This document shows, piece after piece, positions 57,550-64,000 of a stretch of DNA of 64,000 bases. Position 1 is the first letter of the stretch; each line of letters opens with the position of its first letter. Under the pieces are notes generated by a model. It ran no database searches and was not told the origin of the DNA. It saw only the letters and a list, made by a program, of their open reading frames with translations. The DNA comes from a virus, in the IMG/VR virus record IMGVR_UViG_3300045988_182772; one strand, given 5' to 3'. The position numbers and the translations under genes were made by a program.

Positions 57550-58311
57550 ATGATTAAAAGTTTGAACAAAGCATATCAGACCGATTCCATGTATTACTGG
57601 TGTAACGCCGAGGGCGAGGTAAACTATCCCGGTTCTGGGTTTTCGACAGGTGACTCTGAGCGGCTTCCCGCTGCGGTGAAGGAACTGTACGAACACTATC
57701 AGCTCAGCACCGGCTACGACGCAAATCTCTATACGGTCACTTACAGCGGCGAGGATGGGATGCTCCTCACGACGATGTTCAACAGTAACTGGATGGATGT
57801 CCCTGCTGTCAAGGACGCCAAACAGAAGGCGAGGAAAGCGCTCCGCAGCATTGCAACGGAACTGACCAGGCAGTGCAAGCCGTGGGGGACCGTTCTGTTC
57901 GGCGAGGATACCGACCCGGAGGGTGACGAAATTGCCCTGTTTGTCCCTGCGGAGGAGTGTGCGAGTCACTTTGAGGAAGCGGTAAAGCTCTTCGATGCCA
58001 GCGCCTTCTTTGAGCGAGTCAGGGACAAGGTTGCGGAATGCCGCTATCTTGTGTTCCTGAATAGCTCGTATGTGCGCGACGCGCAGGGCTACTTCCCCCA
58101 GCAGCTGTCCGAGGATGCTGACCCGATGGATGAATCTCAGGAGGGCAACTGGGCGGACTGCGGTGGTCCCATGCTCGTCATGGACGTATACGCAGTCTCC
58201 AAGGCCGAGGTCGCCCAGAAGATTGCCGAGGCATATCCCAATGTGGATATGGCAGTCTTCAAGATTCTCCGCTGCGACGGGGAAATGACAGAGGTGACGG
58301 CCCTTGTATAA
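57550..58311 (+). CDS. hypothetical protein (253 aa)
   Basis: RBS aaaaggagaaatgaaaaatg. Confidence 0.4.
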   Translation: MIKSLNKAYQTDSMYYWCNAEGEVNYPGSGFSTGDSERLPAAVKELYEHYQLSTGYDANLYTVTYSGEDGMLLTTMFNSNWMDVPAVKDAKQKARKALRSIATELTRQCKPWGTVLFGEDTDPEGDEIALFVPAEECASHFEEAVKLFDASAFFERVRDKVAECRYLVFLNSSYVRDAQGYFPQQLSEDADPMDESQEGNWADCGGPMLVMDVYAVSKAEVAQKIAEAYPNVDMAVFKILRCDGEMTEVTALV

Positions 58312-58516
58312 AATCAAGAACCTGACGTCTCTGCTGCATACCGTGGAAGCCGGCAGATACGGCAGCCTACCCGTCTATACACTGCACGGGGAGAAGGTCT
58401 GGAACAGAATCGGCGACCGCGTGGAACTGCACCTTGGCAACGGAAATAATGTTCTCTGCTCTGAGAAGGTGTTCCGGAAGGTCGAACCCTTTCTGGAGGC
58501 CATTCCCAAGTCTTAA
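58304..58516 (+). CDS. small hypothetical protein (70 aa)
   Basis: Overlaps the upstream stop. Confidence 0.3.
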   Translation: MYKIKNLTSLLHTVEAGRYGSLPVYTLHGEKVWNRIGDRVELHLGNGNNVLCSEKVFRKVEPFLEAIPKS

Positions 58517-58520
58517 ACCT

Positions 58521-58553
58521 GAGCGCCGCCCCTTTGTGGGCGGCGCTTTTTCT
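58521..58553 (+). terminator. rho-independent terminator
   Basis: gagcgccgcccctttgtgggcggcgct followed by ttttc. Confidence 0.7.
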
Positions 58554-58574
58554 TTTTGTCTTTTCACACTCCAG

Positions 58575-58720
58575 ATTTGAGGTTCCTCGGTTCTTAGGTT
58601 CCAATTTGCAAAATGCGGAGTTTTCCGTGCCTGCCGGTATGCTGAGACCATACAAAAGAAGTATCACAAACACAAAGAAAATTCAGTCAGCGTCCATACG
58701 GATGCTGGCTTTTATATATC
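58575..58720 (+). repeat. conserved leader element copy 6
   Basis: gaggttcctcggttcttaggttcc...ccggtatgctgagaccatacaaaagaagtatcacaaacacaaagaaaattcagtcagcgtcc-atac-ggatgctggcttttatatatc. Confidence 0.6.
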
Positions 58721-58750
58721 AAAAAAATTTCAAAAAAGGAGAATTAAAAA

Positions 58751-59296
58751 ATGGAAAAAATGATTCAAATTGCAGAAAGCTACGGATGGGCAGTCGATAT
58801 GGACAGCGATAGCATCGAATTTAACCAGTGCAGTCCGGCGGGGGAAGATTTCTCCTTCACGGTTCTGACGAAAGACGCATCTGACGCCGAGAGTCTTGCA
58901 GCCGAAGTCCGTTCTTACGCGGACAGCTTCGATACCGAGGAACACGTCAAGATGTTGGTCGATGCGCAGGGCAGCGTGAGTGGTGTGCCAGACATCAAGA
59001 CGTTGGTGGAAGACGCTGACGCCATCCAAGAGATGCTCAACGACCTTGCTGACGCTCTTGAAAATGGCGACGCCAACACAGATGACGAGGAGACTGAAGC
59101 CTGCGGCCTCGAAGGCACTTACGAGTGGCTTCTGAACAACTTCGACATCGACGGCACGGCGGGTCGCATTATCCACAATGTTTTGGAGTATGCCGACCGC
59201 ATGACTGGCGACGAGCAGTATGAGTTCTTGACGGAGATGCTGGATGGAACGATTGGTCTGTCTGACCGCGAAATCAGGAATCTCTGCTGGAACTGA
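58751..59296 (+). CDS. very acidic hypothetical protein (181 aa; DNA-mimic-like composition)
   Basis: High D/E content throughout (DADAIQEMLNDLADALENGDANTDDEETEA...). Confidence 0.4.
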   Translation: MEKMIQIAESYGWAVDMDSDSIEFNQCSPAGEDFSFTVLTKDASDAESLAAEVRSYADSFDTEEHVKMLVDAQGSVSGVPDIKTLVEDADAIQEMLNDLADALENGDANTDDEETEACGLEGTYEWLLNNFDIDGTAGRIIHNVLEYADRMTGDEQYEFLTEMLDGTIGLSDREIRNLCWN

Positions 59297-59311
59297 GTGG
59301 GGGATAACCCT

Positions 59312-59542
59312 ATGAAGAAACTGACTGTTTTCGACTTTTGCAGCCAAATCGGTGCCGCCAGCGATGAAATCCCTGTCGTAGTTCGCGTCGGCTTGCAGGA
59401 GATTGGGCATTTTCGCAGCCTATACCAGATTCCGGCAGTCGCTATGCCGGGTATCCTGGAAGCAAAAGTGACATTCGTGACTGTCAAATGTACGCAAATT
59501 ATCATCCAAGTGAAGACGAAGGATTACAACACAACCATTTGA
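59312..59542 (+). CDS. small hypothetical protein (76 aa)
   Basis: In-frame ATG inside track ORF 59297..59542. Confidence 0.3.
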   Translation: MKKLTVFDFCSQIGAASDEIPVVVRVGLQEIGHFRSLYQIPAVAMPGILEAKVTFVTVKCTQIIIQVKTKDYNTTI

Positions 59543-59564
59543 AAACCGAAAGGAGAAGATTTCT

Positions 59565-59756
59565 ATGTTTTATGTTTTGGATTTCCATTCTCACCGGTTC
59601 ACTACCTGTGAGACCGTAGAGGAAGTGAACGAGAAGCTCAAGCAGCTTCAGGATTCCGGTGTTGCCGAGGACGAAATCTCCGTCATCAATCGACTGGTCG
59701 ATGACTGTGAAATGAGTATCAACGCTTACCGGGATTTTGCACGCAGCTACTGCTGA
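59565..59756 (+). CDS. small hypothetical protein (63 aa)
   Basis: RBS aaaggagaagatttctatg. Confidence 0.3.
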   Translation: MFYVLDFHSHRFTTCETVEEVNEKLKQLQDSGVAEDEISVINRLVDDCEMSINAYRDFARSYC

Positions 59757-59778
59757 ACGCGGAAAGGAGAAGTAAAAA

Positions 59779-60693
59779 ATGAATCAGGAAATGGTAAAAG
59801 CTGAAAAGCGATTCGCAAACCACAAGGCACGCCTCGACATTCTGGACGAAAACGTGCGCGTTCTGAACTGGAGACAGCCAGGGACGCAGGCGTACGCGAT
59901 TCGTGCGGTGATGGACGGCTATCATGTGTATATCACCGGAGACCTTGGCTCTGCGGTCATTTGCCTGACGGAGACTGCCACTTTGAAGGCTCTTTCCGGC
60001 TACTGGAAGAAACCCGGCTATTTCATGGAGAAGTTTGTCTGCACAACGGACGACTACTTCTTTGATTACGAAACGGCCAAGGGTGAGCTTCGTGAGCGCA
60101 AGACCATGTTGCTGGAAGAGTATAGGGACAATCATCCCGATATGCTCGCAAACGGAGAAACAGAGTATCAGGACGACCTCGACGAGAGAGAAACGGACCT
60201 GCTGGGCAGCTTCAACTCTGAGAAGGGCTTCGTGGCAAATCCCGTTGCCTTCTCCGCATGGCTGGAGATGGACGAGGACGGCGTGGAGACCGTCCCGTAT
60301 ATGGGACGAACCATCGCACACCGCATTTGGCTGTGGCTGGCCGCGTTCAAGATGGCCTATGAGGCGCTTCAAGACACCTCCACCGAGCGTTACACGCAGG
60401 AGTACCTGGACGCCATTGAGCGGAATACTCCACCCCGCAACGGCGCACCCATCGGCCGAGACTCCTTCGAGTGGGCCGGATGCGCAGAAGAGTTGAGTGT
60501 CTGCAACGTAGCACATCTGCTGGCTGCCGCCAAGCGGACGCCGGGATATTTTCAGGTTCGTTCCGCGCTCTGCGGTATGCCTGTCATCAGAGAACGTTAT
60601 GCGGACACAATGGCACTGCTCAACAAGGTAAAGGGTACAGACGCCTACGATATCCTTGCCCAGCTGATGCAGCAGGCGGAAAGGGAGGCGTAA
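59779..60693 (+). CDS. hypothetical protein (304 aa)
   Basis: RBS gaaaggagaagtaaaaaatg. Confidence 0.4.
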   Translation: MNQEMVKAEKRFANHKARLDILDENVRVLNWRQPGTQAYAIRAVMDGYHVYITGDLGSAVICLTETATLKALSGYWKKPGYFMEKFVCTTDDYFFDYETAKGELRERKTMLLEEYRDNHPDMLANGETEYQDDLDERETDLLGSFNSEKGFVANPVAFSAWLEMDEDGVETVPYMGRTIAHRIWLWLAAFKMAYEALQDTSTERYTQEYLDAIERNTPPRNGAPIGRDSFEWAGCAEELSVCNVAHLLAAAKRTPGYFQVRSALCGMPVIRERYADTMALLNKVKGTDAYDILAQLMQQAEREA

Positions 60694-60694
60694 A

Positions 60695-61477
60695 ATGAGC
60701 ATGACAATCTTCGATGCGTGGCACATCGGAAAGCCGCAGAGTATCTACGACCTCACGATTATGGCGCGTTGCGTACAGGGTATTCAGGAAGAAACACGAG
60801 CGGCGGATATCGCCGAAGATGTAGTTTCTTCTGCCTTGCTGCCGTGGCTCAGAAGCGCTCTTGAGTTCTTCGGAGATGACGCGGCGGATGAATTTGCCAT
60901 TCTCGTCGGCGGCGCGGTCTACCCCGTCTTACTGCGGAATTCGTGGCGAGCCACATGGTTATTCCCGTCTGAGGAGCGCAAAGGCTTGGAGGAGTTCCTG
61001 ACCAAACATCTGGAAGGGAACGATGTCCCCAATCGTAAAGAAAGCATGGAAAATTTGCAGGCTGTCTGCGAGGCGGTCTACGAATTCTCCGCGCAGTCCA
61101 ATCCGAGCCTCTGCTTCCTGAGCGATTCTGCCGGGAAAGACGTCTATGTAAGGGGTTTTGGCTTAACAAAAAAAGCCACCCAGTACCTTGATTCGCTCTA
61201 TGAGCGTTTCGAGTATACGAACGCCTGCGAAATGGACGAACGCGATTTCCCCGCGTTGAAGAAGCAGCTCGCCGCGTCTTCGGATAAGGCGGCGCTGCTC
61301 AGCAAGGCACAGGAGGAACGCGGTGCGCTCTGGGATGACGCTCTGAATGGCTGTACGCGGTTCAAGGATGCTGCCCTTACTTTCGACCTGGATGACACGG
61401 GAAATAAAGCAAAAAAGGTCGCGGAGCTTCGCAAGGCAGCCAAAATCATTTTTGAAGAAGGTAAAGGAGAAAAATGA
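60695..61477 (+). CDS. hypothetical protein (260 aa)
   Basis: Coupled (TAAAATG). Confidence 0.4.
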   Translation: MSMTIFDAWHIGKPQSIYDLTIMARCVQGIQEETRAADIAEDVVSSALLPWLRSALEFFGDDAADEFAILVGGAVYPVLLRNSWRATWLFPSEERKGLEEFLTKHLEGNDVPNRKESMENLQAVCEAVYEFSAQSNPSLCFLSDSAGKDVYVRGFGLTKKATQYLDSLYERFEYTNACEMDERDFPALKKQLAASSDKAALLSKAQEERGALWDDALNGCTRFKDAALTFDLDDTGNKAKKVAELRKAAKIIFEEGKGEK

Positions 61478-61890
61478 CAATGAGAACACTGGTGCGTTTT
61501 GAGTATGACATTGAGAATGTGAAGCTGTTCGATATCGTGGATGGCGGCGCTGTGCATGGTGCGTTCAATGGCAACCTAACCATTTACTTCGACATGAGCG
61601 AGGATGGGAAGCTGCTGGATGAATCCAAGCAGGCGCTCCGTCTGGAGGCACGGCGCATCTGCCGTGCGCTCAAGAACCGGGGGATGAATGCTACCGTGTC
61701 CATCCTGAACGCCGATACGAAGGCCGTATATGGCCGCGTGTTTGCGGAGCACCCTGAAATCTTCACGCTTCTCCTGTGGAACCACGGGAGAGGGAATGAC
61801 CTGTCGAAGGAACAGCACGCGCTTACGCCGTCCGGCGTATACAAGGCGCTGGAGCGTATCCTCACGGACATTCGTTCCAACGCGGCGTGA
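61474..61890 (+). CDS. hypothetical protein (138 aa)
   Basis: ATGA overlap with the upstream stop. Confidence 0.4.
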   Translation: MTMRTLVRFEYDIENVKLFDIVDGGAVHGAFNGNLTIYFDMSEDGKLLDESKQALRLEARRICRALKNRGMNATVSILNADTKAVYGRVFAEHPEIFTLLLWNHGRGNDLSKEQHALTPSGVYKALERILTDIRSNAA

Positions 61891-61906
61891 GAGGGGAGGC
61901 GGAGAC

Positions 61907-62452
61907 ATGGGATGCTTTTCCTGGCTTTTTGCCGATACTGACAACACACAGAACCTGCGTACTGACCGGGCAGGCTATATTGCCTGCCCGGACGGGACCT
62001 TTATCCACGAGCCATGCTATGAAGGCTACGGCGAGTTCAACGGGCAGGATGTGTACGAACTGGTCGTTCGGTGGAACCGCGCATTCATCGCGGAGAATCC
62101 GGACTTCCTGCTTCCGCATATCCACCGCTTCTACAACGGGAGCGTAAAGCAGTACCGTCTGAAGGATTTCAGATGGTATCCGGTCATTGCAGACCTGTCC
62201 ATCCCGTTTGAGCAGCTGCGTGACGCGCTCGACAAGCATCTGAGGGAACCCGTCAGCTTATACCGGCCCTATAGTGCCGAGCTTCGCGGCATCGGCATCG
62301 ACATTGCCTGCTACAACGAGGACAACGCAGCTCTTCCGTATCCCATCAAGATTACCCGGAAGATGCGGGGCGTCCACTATGAAGACCTTCCAGCAAGCAA
62401 AAATGACCCGGAACAGGGAGCGGGAATCTACCATGCCGTGAGATGGCAATAA
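61907..62452 (+). CDS. hypothetical protein (181 aa)
   Basis: RBS gaggggaggcggagacatg. Confidence 0.4.
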   Translation: MGCFSWLFADTDNTQNLRTDRAGYIACPDGTFIHEPCYEGYGEFNGQDVYELVVRWNRAFIAENPDFLLPHIHRFYNGSVKQYRLKDFRWYPVIADLSIPFEQLRDALDKHLREPVSLYRPYSAELRGIGIDIACYNEDNAALPYPIKITRKMRGVHYEDLPASKNDPEQGAGIYHAVRWQ

Positions 62453-62527
62453 TTTTATCGGAAAGGAGAATGCCGTTTCTCCCCCACGCGCCGAAAGGCG
62501 TGGGGGGAGGAGCGGCCAATATTTTTT

Positions 62528-64000
62528 ATGAACGTGAAAAGAAAATTTACCGCATTTGCTGCGGCTTTTTTGCTGCTGCTTTTCGCGACGCCAAGCTCCG
62601 CAGCATTAGAATTTGAGACCGATACGGAGGTGCGAGACGCAACGTATAACACTGAGCCGACTCAGAGTCTTGAAGCCGGCGTGCCGGACGGTATCCCGGA
62701 AGAAATGCTTGAGACAGAAGGTGAGACCACACGGGCGCAGTTCCTGACCATGCTGGTGAACCTCGCAAACCCGGAGCTTGATACGGTTCAGAGCACATCG
62801 TTCCCCGATGTTCCGGAGAACGCATACTACGCGCTTCAGGTGAGCTGGGCAAAGGCAAACGGAATCATAAATGGCACGGCGGCCGGCGTACTGGAGCCGG
62901 ACACACCGCTGACACGGAATGAGGCCGCTGTGATGGCTGCCCGTCTGGCGAAGGCGATGGGCTGTGACGCCGCTCCGCTTTCATCCCGCACGCTGCTTGC
63001 GTGCGCTGACGCCGCGCAGGTCCCGCTTTACGCGAGAAGAGCTGTGAAATGGTGCATGGAGAACGGCATCCTGACCGCTTCAGAAAAAGGATTCGAGCCG
63101 AAAGGCACGATGAATCATAAAGAAGCTGTCGATATGATTCTCGCACTCGGCTGCTGGCTCCAGAATAACGGACCTGTTGTCCGGACAATCCCGGCGTCAG
63201 CCGTGGTGCAGGCCACAGAACAGCACGCAGCGTTGCAAAACAGAATCAATGCGATTGCAAAAAAGTACGGTGCGGTCGGTCTGTCGATTGCGTACATTAA
63301 GGACGGCCATGTATCAGATACCTTTGCGTATGGAGAGGCGGTTCGCGGAGTATCAGCCATGACAGCAGATACGAAAGTTCGGGCTGCGTCCATCTCAAAA
63401 GTGCTTGTTGGTATGGCAGCGAGCCTTTCCGCAGAAGAAGGAACGATGACTCTCGATACAGAGCTGGACACCTACCTCGGTTTTCCCATCCACAAAGCAC
63501 AGGAAGGAGACCACATTACAGTCCGTTCCGTTCTCACACATACATCTTCTCTCAGGGCACCGGAGGATGTATCAAGAAGCTATGAGGGGATGAAGACGCG
63601 ACTCATGTCTTCGTCTGCGACACGCGAGGTCTGTTCCGGCAACTTGGAAAACTGGCTGTATAACAACTACGCCTTCTCTGCACTGGGGCTTGCGGTCGAG
63701 CGAGCAAACAGCTGCACGATGGACGAGCTGCTTGGACATTACCTCTACCGTCCACTGTCCATCGACGCGGCATTCCGAACAGGGAGTGTATCCGATACGA
63801 AAAAACTGGCGGTGCTCTACCGTGCCGATGGCAGCACGGGCCTGTCCTACCAGGAAATGCTCAAGGCTATTGATGACGAACTGCCCGGTACGGACGGCAG
63901 TGGATTCGCAGGCGGACTCACCATCAGTGCCTACGACCTTGGAAAAATTGTGGCGTTGCTTGCCGGTGATGGCAAATACGAGGGCGCACAGTACCTTTCT
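62528..64000 (+). CDS. SLH-domain exported serine hydrolase (beta-lactamase/PBP fold), 3'-partial
   Basis: Signal peptide. SLH repeats (FPDVPENAYYALQVSWAKANGIINGTAAGV...). SISK (SxxK) active-site motif. Runs off the window end. Confidence 0.55.
   Translation, partial: MNVKRKFTAFAAAFLLLLFATPSSAALEFETDTEVRDATYNTEPTQSLEAGVPDGIPEEMLETEGETTRAQFLTMLVNLANPELDTVQSTSFPDVPENAYYALQVSWAKANGIINGTAAGVLEPDTPLTRNEAAVMAARLAKAMGCDAAPLSSRTLLACADAAQVPLYARRAVKWCMENGILTASEKGFEPKGTMNHKEAVDMILALGCWLQNNGPVVRTIPASAVVQATEQHAALQNRINAIAKKYGAVGLSIAYIKDGHVSDTFAYGEAVRGVSAMTADTKVRAASISKVLVGMAASLSAEEGTMTLDTELDTYLGFPIHKAQEGDHITVRSVLTHTSSLRAPEDVSRSYEGMKTRLMSSSATREVCSGNLENWLYNNYAFSALGLAVERANSCTMDELLGHYLYRPLSIDAAFRTGSVSDTKKLAVLYRADGSTGLSYQEMLKAIDDELPGTDGSGFAGGLTISAYDLGKIVALLAGDGKYEGAQYLS

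Overview
This is a high-GC, Firmicutes/Clostridia-type segment in which every supportable gene lies on the + strand, the layout expected of an integrative-conjugative element or conjugative plasmid. I recognise a Gram-positive type IV secretion core (VirB4, VirD4, VirB6-like, VirB3-like, two pilin-like peptides, a CwlT-like CHAP+lysozyme hydrolase, signal peptidase I, and a Zn-finger/TOPRIM primase). It is followed by cargo genes: a MoxR-like AAA+/VWA pair, a NERD protein, a YwbE-Zn ribbon protein, flotillin, a solo IS605-family TnpB, uracil-DNA glycosylase, a UvrD-like helicase, an ASCH protein, DUF1064, a sigma-70 factor with two sigma-region-4-like proteins, a radical SAM enzyme, an ATP-grasp-like protein, and more than 20 small hypothetical genes. 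The most unusual feature is a CRISPR-like mini-array: three 36-nt direct repeats plus a degenerate fourth, with unique 30-32-nt spacers, immediately upstream of an IscB-like nuclease gene (PLMP-like N-terminus, RRxRR bridge helix, HNH). A sequence with 14-nt perfect complementarity to the repeat lies about 340 nt further upstream, which would make this a miniature type II-like or CRISPR-associated OMEGA locus. There is also a family of six conserved leader elements of about 130 nt, each with two hairpins and compensatory base changes in the second, placed directly before the RBS of six genes. Finally, six near-identical TTGACA/TGTGGTATAAT promoter cassettes recur across the cargo region. No relaxase, oriT or element boundary could be assigned. 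Local coordinates may be off by 1-2 nt where long homopolymer runs made counting by eye unreliable.
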